Shown one piece after another: positions 36,942-48,812 of a DNA stretch of 64,000 nucleotides (position 1 is the stretch's first letter; every line of letters begins with the position of its first letter). The notes under the pieces were generated by a model. The model had not been told where the DNA came from, did not search any database, and saw nothing but the letters and a program-made list of their open reading frames with translations. A program made the position numbers and the translations under genes. The stretch covers positions 930,001 through 994,000 of the forward strand of contig OZ251240.1 in the NCBI GenBank assembly GCA_965240325.2. The letters are read 5' to 3'. Source of the DNA: Rebecca billardiae RCC1528 (lineage: Eukaryota; Protista; Haptophyta).

Positions 36942-37154
36942 ACGGCATCTGCGCCAAGGCCCAGTCTATCTACGTCACATCTAATATCCATCACAGCAAC
37001 GACTTCTTTTTTAAAGCGGCCGTTAGCGTGTCCAGCGGCCAGATTAATTTTCGATCGAAAAATTACTATGCGCTGCGCGCGCGCCCCTAGGGGGCGGCGC
37101 GCGCGCGCGGCTGGTCCCCCCTGCATGCCCGCACCGTCAGCTGCCTGATTGCCG

Positions 37155-39991
37155 CTACCCAGCCCCGCTACCGTCGCGCGCGACATCCGCGCCGTAAATC
37201 ACCGTCACCGAGCGGTCCGGCGAGCGCGCCGCCATCAATTTGCTCCTGAGTGCCGAAAACTCCTTCTCCGGAAGCCCAGCCTCCTCGCGCAGGAGCTTGC
37301 GCGCCGTCATGCACTCCGCGATCAGGTCGATCGCGTCGGTCTCCGCCCTGCGCTGCCATTCGCGCTGCCGCTTGGCGTACTTCTTCAGCCAGAGCCGCCG
37401 CACCTTGTCGCCGAACTCCTCTGCCCACGTCGCAAGCGACACGCGGCGCACGAGCTGCGCGACCGTCGAGATGTGCGGCTCCGCCGTCGACTTCTTCCCC
37501 TCGGCGTACTCGCGGACGAATGAGTCGAGTGACTTGCGCGCGTGCACGAGCGGCATCGCACGCTTGGTCACCTGCACGAAATGCCCCTGCACCTGCTCGT
37601 CCGCGAGCTGCACGAGGCGCCCCCGCCGCCTGAGGCGAGACGCCGTCTGCGCCCGCCTCCGTGACCGCCCAGACGTTGAAGCGGAGCGGTGGGACGTTGT
37701 GCGAGCCCTGGCCGGCGAGGCTGGCGAGGCTGACGTAAGCGCCGGTGCACGCCACGATGGCCTTCTGCTCCTCCGCGTAGTCGGCCGCCTCGGCGCCGCC
37801 GCCAAAACCGCCGCCGGCCGCGCTGCCGCCTGCCGAGGCAGTGCTGCCACCGAGGCCGCGCTGCTGCGCGCCGCCGCCGGCCGCGCCGCCGCCGGCCGCG
37901 CCGCCACCAGCCGCACCACCACCCGCACTGTCAGCCGCGCGGCTGGCCGCGCCACATGCCGCGCCACCGGCCACGCGGACGCCAGCACCGGCTGTGCCGC
38001 TAGCCACGCCGCTGCCACTGCCGGCCGCGCCGCCCACGCCGCCGCCCGCGCCCGCGCCCGCGCCCACGTTGCCAGCCGCGCCCCCGGCCGCGCCCCCGGC
38101 CGCGCCGCCGGCCGCGCCACCGGCCGCGCGGACGCCAGCGCCAGCGGTGCCGCCAGCCACGCAGCTGCCGCTGCTGCTGCCACCAGTGCTGCTGCTGCCG
38201 CCCGCACCGGCCGCGCCGCCGCCGGCCGCGCCACCGCCGGCCGCGCCGCCGCCGGCCGCGCCGCCGCCGGCCGCGCCGCCGCCGGCCGCGCGATCGCGAG
38301 CGCTGTCAGCCGCGCCGCTGTCCGCGCCGCCGGCCGCACCTCCGGCCGCGCCTCCAGCCGCGCGGACGCCAACGCCAGCTGTGCCGCCAGCCACGCCACT
38401 GCAGCTGCCGCCCGCGCCGCCCGCGCCGCCGCCAGCACCCGCGCCCGCGTTGCCAGCCGCGCCGCCGGCCGCGTCCGGCCGCGTCGCCGGGCGCACCGCC
38501 GCCTGGCGCGCAGTTGTCGGGCGTGCCGCCGTCGGGCGCGCCGCCACCGGGCCCGCCATCGCCCGCGCTGTCAGCCGCGCCGCCGGCCGCGCCGCAGGCC
38601 GCGCCACCGGCCGCGCGGACGCCAACGCCGGCTGTGTCGCCAGTCACGCCGCTGTCGCTGCAGCTGCCGCCGCTGCTGCCGGCCGCGCCGGCCGCGCGCG
38701 GCCGCGCCGCCGGCCGCGCCGCCGCCGGCAGTGCCGCCGCCGGCCGCGCCACCGCCCGCGCTGTCAGCCGCGCCGCTGGCCGCGCCGCCGGCCGCGCCAC
38801 CGGCCGCACGGACGCCAGCGCCGACTGTGCCGCCAGCCACGCCGCTGCCGCTGCCGCTCGCGCCGGCCGCGCCGCCGCCCGTGCCCGCGGACGCGCCCGC
38901 GTTGCCAGCCGCGCCGCCCGCCGCGCCGCCGGCCGCGCCGCCGACCGCGCAACCGGCCGCGCGGACTCCAGCGCCGGCGGCACCGCCAGCTACGCCGCTA
39001 CCGCTGCCGCTGCCGCCGCTGCCGCCGGCCGCGCCGCCGGCCGCGTCGCCGGCCGCGCCGCCTGCAGCGCCGCCAGCCGCGCCGCCCTGCCGCGCTGGCC
39101 ACGTGCAGCGGCGGCAGCTGGCGGCGCCGGTCGCGGTGGGAGCCGGCCGCTCCGGATCACGTCATTGATCCCGTCGGCGTCCGCACTCCATAGCTCGGGC
39201 ATGTCCGAGTCCGGCCGCTCCGAGATGGCGATCGCCTCCGACGACGCGAGCGCAACACCCTCATAGTTGCGCACGATGGCGATCGTGGCCGCGCGCGAGT
39301 GCGCTGCGTTTGGCCCGTGTCCGCCGAGAGGAGGAGGACATGCGGCTGCCCGCGCGGGCGCGCGGACTTGCCGTAGTGCTCCAAGCGATCCAGCACGGCG
39401 CCCACGGCCTGCGCCCACGGCCGCGCCGCCGACTCGCTGCCGATCATCATCACGCCCGCGCCCGCGTGCTCGCGATTGCGCAGCGCGCTCTCACGTGAGC
39501 CAGCCACCGGCGGCGGGATCGGGTGGCGCATGCCCAGGTTGAGCCACGTCGAGAACTCTCGGGCTGGCGCGAGCCCACGATGCTCAGTGTGCGGTCCTTC
39601 TCGCGCGCCTAGTGCACGACGCCCTCGTCGTCGAGCGAGGTGAAGGCATGCAAGACGAGCGCGTCTCACGAGAAGAGCCGCAGCTTGGCTACACGCAGCA
39701 GGTTGTTCTTCTTCCGCTGGGCCTTGATGGCGACGAGGCTGTTGACGCTGCGCTTGACCTCCGCCAGGTAGTTCTCGTTCGGCATGATCGAGTGGTCCAC
39801 CTCGCTCGCGGCCTCGCGCGCGCGCAGCTTGAGCATCTCGTGCGGCTGAGCGCCGCGGCCATGCGCAGCCATGCAGATGCGGCAGAGACGTGGCGCCCGA
39901 TGCGTTAGGCACCTTTGCGATGCAGCTTGGGCTTCCTAGGCTTCGCGCAGGAACGCTTGCCCTTGCCCACGGTGAGCACAGCCGTCGCCAT
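37155..39991 (-). pseudogene. Disrupted ORF carried by the TIR element (unknown family, central Gly/Ala repeats)
   Basis: ATG 39991 (MATAVLTVGKGKR). Coding-like segments EMLKLRARE..RLFS*DALVLHAF..VH*AREKD, REFSTWLNLG.., EEQKAIVAC.., and RLVQLADEQVQGHF..GAG-stop are linked by in-frame stops and frameshifts. Confidence 0.55.
37800..39090. repeat. Degenerate GC-rich minisatellite inside the element
   Basis: Recurring CTGTCAGCCGCG (~37928, 38303, 38568, 38761), CGGACGCCA.C and GTTGCCAGCCGCG blocks with CCGGCCGCGCCG subunits. Confidence 0.8.
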
Positions 39992-40616
39992 TGCTGCGCG
40001 CGGCGAGCGCGGTCCTGCGCGGCCGTGCCGGGCGCAGCCGCAGCAAGTTAGTCTGATGCAAATTCCCGGTCACCCATGCAAAAGTAAGCGTTCCCGCTGC
40101 GCATGTGCGTGCATCACGAGTAACCCGCCGCCTGAATAACAACTCCGCGCCCCTCCATACACTTCCTGCATCCCCGCGCGCAGCGGCGTGCGGGCGGGCG
40201 CGAATTCGCACCGTGTTACGAACAGACCTAGCAAAGTAGATCGGTGTGGCGCGTCGGGACGCGGAGCGGGTGCGGGGCAGGCGGGGGATAGGTTGGGGAA
40301 CACCCGCGATTAGAGCACCGGTGGCGCAGCGGCGACGTGGACGCCGCCACACGCGCACGCACGGCGCGCGCTCGCACCGCGAGTCGAACGTCCGCTCGCC
40401 AAGCCCTGCGACGGCGTCCGTGCGACGCCGAGCGACGAACGCTCTCGGGATTTGGCCCGGACCACCAGATTCAGCCGTTAACGGCCGAAAATTCATTTGT
40501 TGGAGTTTCCTTAACGGCCGCTTTAAAAAAGAAATCGTTGCTGTGATGCCCACCTGCACCTTGCTAGTCACTGCTGCTGGCCGCTCCTCGGCCACTCGCC
40601 TGATCTTTTCCGCCTA

Positions 40617-40799
<183 letters not shown>

Positions 40800-41904
40800 C
40801 ACAGCAACGATTTCTTTTTTAAAGCGGCCGTTAAGGAAACTCCAACAAATGAATTTTCGGCCGTTAACGGCTGAATCTGGTGGTCCGGGCCAAATCCCGA
40901 GAGCGTTCGTCGCTCGGCGTCGCACGGACGCCGTCGCAGGGCTTGGCGAGCGGACGTTCGACTCGCGGTGCGAGCGCGCGCCGTGCGTGCGCGTGTGGCG
41001 GCGTCCACGTCGCCGCTGCGCCACCGGTGCTCTAATCGCGGGTGTTCCCCAACCTATCCCCCGCCTGCCCCGCACCCGCTCCGCGTCCCGACGCGCCACA
41101 CCGATCTACTTTGCTAGGTCTGTTCGTAACACGGTGCGAATTCGCGCCCGCCCGCACGCCGCTGCGCGCGGGGATGCAGGAAGTGTATGGAGGGGCGCGG
41201 AGTTGTTATTCAGGCGGCGGGTTACTCGTGATGCACGCACATGCGCAGCGGGAACGCTTACTTTTGCATGGGTGACCGGGAATTTGCATCAGACTAACTT
41301 GCTGCGGCTGCGCCCGGCACGGCCGCGCAGGACCGCGCTCGCCGCGCGCAGCAATGGCGACGGCTGTGCTCACCGTGGGCAAGGGCAAGCGTTCCTGCGC
41401 GAAGCCTAGGAAGCCCAAGCTGCATCGCAAAGGTGCCTAACGCATCGGGCGCCACGTCTCTGCCGCATCTGCATGGCTGCGCATGGCCGCGGCGCTCAGC
41501 CGCACGAGATGCTCAAGCTGCGCGCGCGCGAGGCCGCGAGCGAGGTGGACCACTCGATCATGCCGAACGAGAACTACCTGGCGGAGGTCAAGCGCAGCGT
41601 CAACAGCCTCGTCGCCATCAAGGCCCAGCGGAAGAAGAACAACCTGCTGCGTGTAGCCAAGCTGCGGCTCTTCTCGTGAGACGCGCTCGTCTTGCATGCC
41701 TTCACCTCGCTCGACGACGAGGGCGTCGTGCACTAGGCGCGCGAGAAGGACCGCACACTGAGCATCGTGGGCTCGCGCCAGCCCGAGAGTTCTCGACGTG
41801 GCTCAACCTGGGCATGCGCCACCCGATCCCGCCGCCGGTGGCTGGCTCACGTGAGAGCGCGCTGCGCAATCGCGAGCACGCGGGCGCGGGCGTGATGATG
41901 ATCG
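40800..41904. mobile_element. Second, inverted copy of the TIR element, truncated by assembly gap
   Basis: 1105 bp that read as the reverse complement of 39441-40545 (ends and mirrored ORF translations match), starting exactly at the TIR after AT. Confidence 0.85.
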
Positions 41905-42004
41905 NNNNNNNNNNNNNNNNNNNNNNNNNNNNNNNNNNNNNNNNNNNNNNNNNNNNNNNNNNNNNNNNNNNNNNNNNNNNNNNNNNNNNNNNNNNNNNNN
42001 NNNN
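41905..42004. other. Assembly gap (100 N)
   Basis: Run of N. Confidence 1.
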
Positions 42005-42018
42005 CTCGTCACTGGCTA

Positions 42019-42050
42019 CAGTTTACTAAGAATAAGAGACGCACACAGCT
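42019..42050 (-). repeat. Family A repeat, partial copy
   Basis: TA|CAGTTTACTAAGAATAAGAGACGCACACAGCT. Confidence 0.9.
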
Positions 42051-42348
42051 TATGCAGCAGTACCGCCATTCTCAGCTGATTTACAGAATACGGTTGGTAC
42101 ACTTTGATACATTTATGAATAATACACCAACTCCCACCGAATAGATGTACCGCCAACTCATCGTCTCAAGATGACAAGAATGTACTGTCAACGTGTACCA
42201 ACGTCTCCTAAAATGTGCGCTGCATGCCAATTGAAGCAGTGTATAAATTCTACCAACGACTATGTACCAACATGTACGCCACTGCTGGTTACAGTTTATC
42301 CGACAGCAGCCTGCGATTCGGAGCTGATGGTACTGTCAAGTGCTTGTA

Positions 42349-42394
42349 CAGTTTCCTACAAATAAGAGACGCACACAGCTCAGTCAGGCCAGAT
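42349..42394 (-). repeat. Family A repeat, variant copy
   Basis: TA|CAGTTTCCTACAAATAAGAGACGCACACAGCTCAGTCAGGCCAGAT. Confidence 0.9.
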
Positions 42395-43478
42395 CAGTAC
42401 ACTATATATATGTGGCGTTATAGCGGAGCTATGACCGAGGGTGTCCGGCGGCAAGATAGGTGACTTGCCGCTGGTGGTCAAGAGCTCTCTCCCTCCAACT
42501 GCCATACAAGATCCTGCAAGTCCATTCTGCTGATGGTAACCAATCCAAATAAAAGTGCTCGCTCATTTTTGTACCAGCTCCCAACATCATCATATCTTGA
42601 GTGCGCATGCTGAGCATATCATATGAACGTCGTTTACCTACCGACTTGACGCGGCCTTCCTCTCATGCAGACCTCTCCAAGCTCAAAATTATGTACCCGC
42701 TCCTATCTACTTCGAACTCGACGGATCGTATCTGCTGAAAAGTAGGTGTCGGGCAGCTTCTCATTCCAACCGTCTGCAAGTCATCGACTGCTCATGTGTC
42801 GTTACTGCGCACTCACCTTCGGCGCCGAGCTATTCCGCATCGGCCCTGCTTGCTTGCTCATCAACGCACAGTGCCTCGTTTGCTCGTCGCGCATCCCGCC
42901 GTTCACCCCTGCGACCTCCGTTACTTGCTGAGCTTGTCAGCGGTCAAGGTCTGTGAGGCAATCTCGACTGACAGGGACCTCGCTGTCATTTGCTGGCGCA
43001 CCCGGCGCACAGTCTGGCACCGTCGGCTCAGTCGCTCTTCCCTATATATTATGACAGAGTACGGGTCACTGAGAGTACCATCTGGAATCGCTGATGACAG
43101 TACTACGCTTAGATATGTACATCACTCATAATCAGCGTCCTCGACCTGTTGGGTGGGCCTGATGCACTCGCCCGACGACGACGACGACGATGCGCCGCCG
43201 TTCTCATCACGCGGGTGAGAAGTCGCGCTCGAGTGTTGCTGATGATTGTCGTCGTCCACCAGCGTCGGAGTGAGACGCGAGTCCCGCTGGTGAGTGGTGT
43301 GCTCATGAAGACAGTACAGTAGTGACTCAGTGTACAGTAGTGACCGCCACTGGCCGTGACCTCAGATGACTTCATCACGACTTCTCAGTGACGCAACAGC
43401 CGCTGCCGAGCGACTCTTGCTCTAGATCTCGTCGGGCGGGTCTGCTTCGCCGGTTCGCGACCGCCCACCCGAGCCCCG

Positions 43479-44828
43479 ATGCGGCGCGGCAGCTGCGCCC
43501 TCGGCGCGGCGGCGCGGGCGTGCGCCCGGCAGCCGCGCGTCTGGAGGCGCTCGTTCAGCCTTGGCCAGGCCGCGCTCGGCCCAACCGTCCGCCACACCGC
43601 GCGCGCCCCGTTCGCGATCGGCGTGGGTGTCGCGCTCGGCTCAGCGCTCGCGTTCGGCGCGCACGAGGTGAGCGAGGGCGAGGCGGCGACGACGGACGGG
43701 CGGAAGCTGCATGAGGAGTACGAGGTGGGTGCGCGCATCGGTAAGGGCGCGAGCGCGATCGTCCGCCGCGGCCGCTGCCGCCGCACCGGCAAGGAGGTCG
43801 CCATCAAGGAGGTCCGCAAGTCGGCCGTCAACGCCAATCTCGTCGCGACCGAGATCGCCATCCTGCGCAAGGTGGGCGGGAACCCGCACGTCGCGCAGAT
43901 GCTCGACGTGTTCGAGACGAGCCACTCGTACCACATCGTCATGGAGCTCGCCAAGGGCGGCGAGCTCTTCGACCGCCTCGCGAACAAGGGCGCGTACTCG
44001 GAGCGGCAGGCGTCGAGCGCTGTGCGGCAGATTGCGGACGCGCTCGCCTTCCTGCACGCGCAGGGCGTGTACCACCGCGACCTCAAGCCGGAGAACGTGC
44101 TGCTCGTGGACGAGAGCGACGACTCGGACGTGCGGCTCGTCGACTTTGGCCTCTCGCGCGAGACCTCGGAGAAGAGCGGGCAGCAGTCGGCCGCGGGCAC
44201 GTGGGCGTACTGGTCCCCTGAGGTGCTTGAGGGGCGCAGCTCCGGGGGCGCGCCGCTCGACATGTGGGCGCTGGGGTGCATCCTGTACATCCTGCTCGTC
44301 GGGTACCACCCGTTCGACGTGGACGGGCGCGCGTCGGACGACGAGGTGATGATGAGCATCCGCCGGTGCAAGTACTCGATGGCGGGCTCCGAGTGGCGGA
44401 GCGTCTCCGCGCCCGCGCGCGACCTCGTCCGTCAGCTGCTCACGCGTGAGCCGGAGAAGCGCCTCACGGTCGAGGGGCTGCTGACGCACCCGTGGATCGC
44501 GGGCGGCGTGGCGTCGGGCGAGACGCTGCGCGGCTCCGACACGCGGCTGCGCACCTTCGTCGACGGCCACCGCCGCCTCCGCGCCGCCGCGTTCGCCATC
44601 ATGCTCAAGAACGCCGCGACCGTGCAGGCGAGCGGCGGCACCGAAGGCGGCGCGCTCGAGGCGACGCTCCTGGCGAACGCGTTCCGCATGTTCGACCGCG
44701 AGGGGAAGGGGTTCATCGACACGAGCGACGTGCGGCGCGTGATGCACGAGGACCTCGGGCAGGAGGTCGACGAGGAGGAGGCGCAGAGCGTGCTCACCGG
44801 TGACGACGACGAGGCGGACGGCAAGAAG

Positions 44829-44872
<44 letters not shown>

Positions 44873-46071
44873 GGCGCGCGGCGGCGGCGGCGGCGGCGGA
44901 GCGGCGGCGGCGGCGGGCGCTGGCGGCGGCTCGTCTGGCGGCGTCTTCTCGATGCTGAGGCGGCTGAGCAAGCCCAGTGGCGGCAGCGCCGACGACGCCT
45001 CGTCCAAGCGGCCGCCCACCTCCGTCGCCGCCGCCGCGGGCCCGGCGGCGCGCGTGCAGTACGGCGAATATCTCTCCATGATGGCCGCCACGATCCGACA
45101 GCGCTACGAGCCCAACGAGGTAATCTGCCGGCAGGGCGACCCGGCGGACTCGTTCTACCTGCTGCTCGGCGGCGAGGTGCAGGTGCTGATGAGCGCGCCC
45201 GAGCCGCGCGCCAAGCCCAAGGTGGTGGACAGGCTCCGCGCCGGCGAGTTCTTCGGCGAGACGGCGCTGCTGAGTGGAGGCACGCGCACGGCCACGGTTC
45301 AGGCAGGTAGCCACGGCGCCGAGGTGCTGCAGCTCTCGAACGACGACTTCGAGGCGCTCGTCGCGGGGTCGAGGCCCGCGCGCCGCGTCGGGGCCACCGC
45401 GGACGGGCAGCCCGCGCCCGCCCCGGCCGTCCTCACCGCGGAGGAGGGCAAGGTCAACGCCGCGCTCAACTTCATCCGCGTCGCGTCGCGCATGGAGAGG
45501 GTGCGCATCGATCGTGGCGAGCGCGTGTTCGCGCAGGGCGACAAGGTGCGCGGCACGCGCGACGCGCGCCGGCGTCGCGCCGGCGTGGGCATCAGCCCTC
45601 GCCGCTACTCGGCCTCCGCGCGCGAGCGTGCGCGCGCTCACGCCCCACGCGCACCGCCCGCCCGCCGCCCGCCCGCCCTCCCCGCGCCTCGGTCGCACGC
45701 GCGCGGCGCCCTTGCCGCGCCGCCACGCGACGGCGCATCGTCAGGCGGACAACTTTTATATCGTCGTCGAGGGCGAGCTGAAAGCCGTCGCCGATGGCGA
45801 GCAGGTGAACCGGTTCGGCCCGGGCGACTGCTTCGGCGAGATGGGCATCCTCAACAACGCGCCGCGCAACGCGAGCGTCGTCGCCGACTCGCCGGCGGTC
45901 TGCCTCACTCTCAAGGCGTCAGACCTGCTCGCGCTGCTCAAAAAGTCGTCCGCGATCAAGTCGAGCATCCAGGGGCTGGCGCACGGGCGCGAGCAGACCT
46001 TGCAGCGCTCGAGGACGAGCGCGGTGGACAGCAGCTCGGGCATCACCCCCGCCCCGCCTCAGAGGCCTTAG
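43479..46071 (+). CDS. CAMK-group Ser/Thr kinase with EF-hand and two cyclic-nucleotide-binding domains
   Basis: Kinase motifs GKGASAIV, VAIK, HRDLKPEN, DFG, GTWAYWSPE. EF-hand FRMFDREGKGFIDTSDV. cNMP domains QGDPADSFY..GEFFGETALL..RTATV and, after intron 45546-45744, GDKADNFY..GDCFGEMGIL..PRNASV. Confidence 0.92.
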
Positions 46072-46629
46072 CGGTAGGCTCGGGCTGTCCGAGTCGGTGG
46101 ACCGGCACGAGTCCGCAACTCCGACTCCGTGAGTCCGTGTGAACTCCGCCGGCGCGCCGACCGGGCCGCCGGTCGGCGACCCAGGCCCAGCGCTTTGACT
46201 GCTGCGATGACAATATGATACTTGATAGTAGGCTGCTGGTTTACTTATATATTGATTACATCTATGAATGACGATGACGATCATGCTGGGGTAGTATGAA
46301 GCATGCCCTCGGGAATGAGTACGGGTCCGCGATGGCCTCATAGGCATAGCCCGTATGTCATAGCCATAGGCCCGATAGGGCAGAGGCTTCAGACTCTGAG
46401 GCGTCCGTCCGAGCGGCGAGCACGGTCCGTGTGACGCCGGGAGCCATCAACAATTACAAGCACAATTATAAATAACAATATACTACGATATGTACTAATA
46501 CTTTATTATCTTGCATCATTAATGCTGCCGCAAATTTTACCATTATTTGGGCGAGATTCAGCGAGAATACTAGTAGCGCACTGATGCTGCCTTAGCGCGC
46601 TGCTAGCAGTTGAAAATTACAAAATCAAT

Positions 46630-46691
46630 ACCTGGCCTGCCTGATCTGTGTGCGTCTCTTATTCTTAGCAGTAATTGCTGATTGTAAACTG
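46630..46691 (+). repeat. Family A repeat, diverged copy with ~15-bp insertion
   Basis: CCTGCCTGATCTGTGTGCGTCTCTTATTCTTAG[..]GTAAACTG. Confidence 0.8.
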
Positions 46692-46769
46692 TGTCTTTGT
46701 GCAGCGTGTTGGTTATGGCGTCAATCACGCCTTAACCAAGTGTGCACGTTAAAAACGTACAGTAAACAG
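46691..46769 (-). repeat. Family B repeat copy (further terminal fragment at 46918-46941)
   Basis: Reverse complement matches 15651-15723. Confidence 0.85.
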
Positions 46770-46989
46770 TGTAACGTCATGACGACACTCGGCTCTGCGC
46801 GGTGCCGGGTGCGCCTCGGCTTTCACGGCGGCGCACTTCATCAGTCTTCACAGAGTTGGTCTCTCTTCGGAGAGCGTGCGATGAAGGATGGCGCGGCAAC
46901 CTGCCACCGTGAGCCTTACGCACGTTAAAACAAATAAACTGTATGTATGCATTCGCTTTATTTATTTATTGGACGATGTTCACGACACA

Positions 46990-47739
46990 ATGGCGGCCGC
47001 GCAGCAGATCTCCGAGACGCAGTTCGCGCCGCAACCCATTGGCTGCATCTTCCGACTGCGGGCGCCGCTCGCCAAGGTCACTGCGCGGCGCTGCCGAGAG
47101 TGTGGCGAGGATATATGGCAGCACCATATCTCGGAAGTAGCCGAGGCCGACGTGATGACGGTGCTCAACGTTACGCTCGACGACACGCCAACACCTATCG
47201 AGCCCGGGCTGCTCGTGGGCAGCTTCAAGGCTGCAGTGGCGGCGTGCCGCGCCTCGACGGCCACCGTGGTCATCAACTGCGCGGGTCAGCGGCTGCACGA
47301 CTTCCTGCCGGCCACGCGCGCTCCCTTCGAGCTGCTCAGGGAGCAGGGGCGCCTGCTCGACCTCGAGTGGGAGGACTCGCCATCGTTCCTCATCCCCGTG
47401 GCCGACGTCACTGCGGCGATCGACTGGGCGTCGGCCCGCACCGCGGATGGCAATTCGGTCGTGGTCAGCTGCGCTCAGGGCAGGTCGCGCTCGGCCGCGA
47501 TGGCTACAGCTATCCTCATGCGCACGCACAGGCTTGACAGTCAGTCGGCGCTTCGCCGCTTGCAGGCGCACCGACCATTCTGCGACCCAAATCCGGGCTT
47601 CATCCGCCAACTAGCCGAGATGCAGCCCACGCTCCTCCGTGACTTACCCATCGCGAAGGGGCGGCTCTCCGGAGACCTGCCCCGTGACGACCACGCACCG
47701 GCTCCCGCTCCAGCTGAGTCTACTGACGGCCGGACGTAG
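46990..47739 (+). CDS. Dual-specificity protein phosphatase with N-terminal C-x-CxxC-H motif
   Basis: IEPGLLVGS, VVINCA, catalytic loop VVVSCAQGRSRSAA (Cx5R), RPFCDPNPGFIRQL; intronless. Confidence 0.9.
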   Translation: MAAAQQISETQFAPQPIGCIFRLRAPLAKVTARRCRECGEDIWQHHISEVAEADVMTVLNVTLDDTPTPIEPGLLVGSFKAAVAACRASTATVVINCAGQRLHDFLPATRAPFELLREQGRLLDLEWEDSPSFLIPVADVTAAIDWASARTADGNSVVVSCAQGRSRSAAMATAILMRTHRLDSQSALRRLQAHRPFCDPNPGFIRQLAEMQPTLLRDLPIAKGRLSGDLPRDDHAPAPAPAESTDGRT

Positions 47740-48026
47740 AGTGCTTGACAGACACGCAGCTTTGCACGGCTGGCGCGACTTGACGAGCCGCTGACGGCAA
47801 GATCGAGTCCCGCACAGCTGGAAAGTAGCCGCTGTATTACCACTGACGAAACCGGGAACTAGAAATAGCAGCCGGGGCCGGGCGCGACTTTCGTGCGAGG
47901 TCGCCTCGGTGCGCCTGCCCACCCGGTACTCATTTGCTGTGAGCCCGGGGCTGCCCTCCCACCATAAGGCTGGAGACGGCTCGTGCAACACGGCCGCGCG
48001 ACGACGCGTGGGGTCGCCCCCTCGTC

Positions 48027-48479
48027 ATGGAGGACGACGACGACTCATCGCCCCTATCGCCCGGCTTGCCGCCCTACCTGCCCTTCGGCACCATCTTTCA
48101 TGTGCCCTCGCGGACAGACCTGCTGGAGCACGCGCGGGAAAAGGTGGACCGGATGCGCCAGGCCACGCTCGAGAAGGTGCAGAGCGCGGTCGACCTCGCC
48201 GAGCTGGCGCGCGACACATCGACAACGACCCTTCGGCGAGTGCGCTCGCAGAGCTACTCGCACCTGCAGGACGCCTACTCTGTCGCCGAGCTGCACGTAC
48301 AGCGCTCGTTTACGAGTGTCACCACCGGCAGGGCGTTCCTCAATTCGATCGTCATGCTCGTCGTCTTCCCGCTTCGATGCGTGGCCGCGGCGATCTGGGC
48401 GATCATGAGTAGACCCTCCGAGTCCGCCATCATCGCACAGCGGGCCGCCGACGATCGACGGCGTCACAAAATGGAATAG
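48027..48479 (+). CDS. Hypothetical 150-aa protein with one C-terminal hydrophobic segment
   Basis: ATG-initiated ORF with normal composition and GC3 bias; no recognisable family. Confidence 0.5.
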   Translation: MEDDDDSSPLSPGLPPYLPFGTIFHVPSRTDLLEHAREKVDRMRQATLEKVQSAVDLAELARDTSTTTLRRVRSQSYSHLQDAYSVAELHVQRSFTSVTTGRAFLNSIVMLVVFPLRCVAAAIWAIMSRPSESAIIAQRAADDRRRHKME

Positions 48480-48549
48480 AAAGTTGAGGAGATGTGCGCG
48501 CTGCGCTAAGCTGTCAGCTCGGAGGTTGGCGAGAGCGCGGACGAGCATG

Positions 48550-48635
48550 CTCAATGCTGAGGGCACCGCGGCACACTCGCGCGTCGTGCCGCGGTGCCCT
48601 CAGCATTGAGGGCCATGCCCTCAATGCTGAGGGCA
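48550..48635. repeat. Nested inverted repeats (25-bp perfect hairpin plus overlapping palindrome)
   Basis: CTCAATGCTGAGGGCACCGCGGCAC (48550-48574) / GTGCCGCGGTGCCCTCAGCATTGAG (48586-48610), then a third CTCAATGCTGAGGGCA. Confidence 0.9.
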
Positions 48636-48764
48636 TGGCCCGGCATGCCAGCGGGTGCCATGCCCGGCACCCGCAACGCGACATCGAGATCACGTAGTGA
48701 TGGGACTCTCTGGCCGTCGACGCCACTCGTGACTCGACACTACTGTGACAGTTGGCGGGCGTCG

Positions 48765-48812
48765 ATCTCGCCTGCCTGAGCTGTGTGCGTCTCTTATTCT
48801 TATAGTAAACTG
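48765..48812 (+). repeat. Family A repeat copy (2-bp TA insertion)
   Basis: ATCTCGCCTGCCTGAGCTGTGTGCGTCTCTTATTCTTATAGTAAACTG|TA. Confidence 0.93.

Larger units (their letters stand above)
36992..40545. mobile_element. 3554-bp TIR DNA transposon-like element (CMC/EnSpm-like CACAG termini), apparently non-autonomous
   Basis: 34-bp TIRs CACAGCAACGAYTTCTTTTTTAAAGCGGCCGTTA at 36992-37025 and 40512-40545 (1 mismatch). AT flanks both ends (2-bp TSD). Inserted 50 bp after the RTX stop. Confidence 0.85.

Noticed and set aside
46090-46140. CGGAGTC/GACTCCG motif clusters in 3' flanks (also ~5397-5410 and ~15345-15370)
   Set aside because: Too short and degenerate to distinguish from chance without a genome-wide count.
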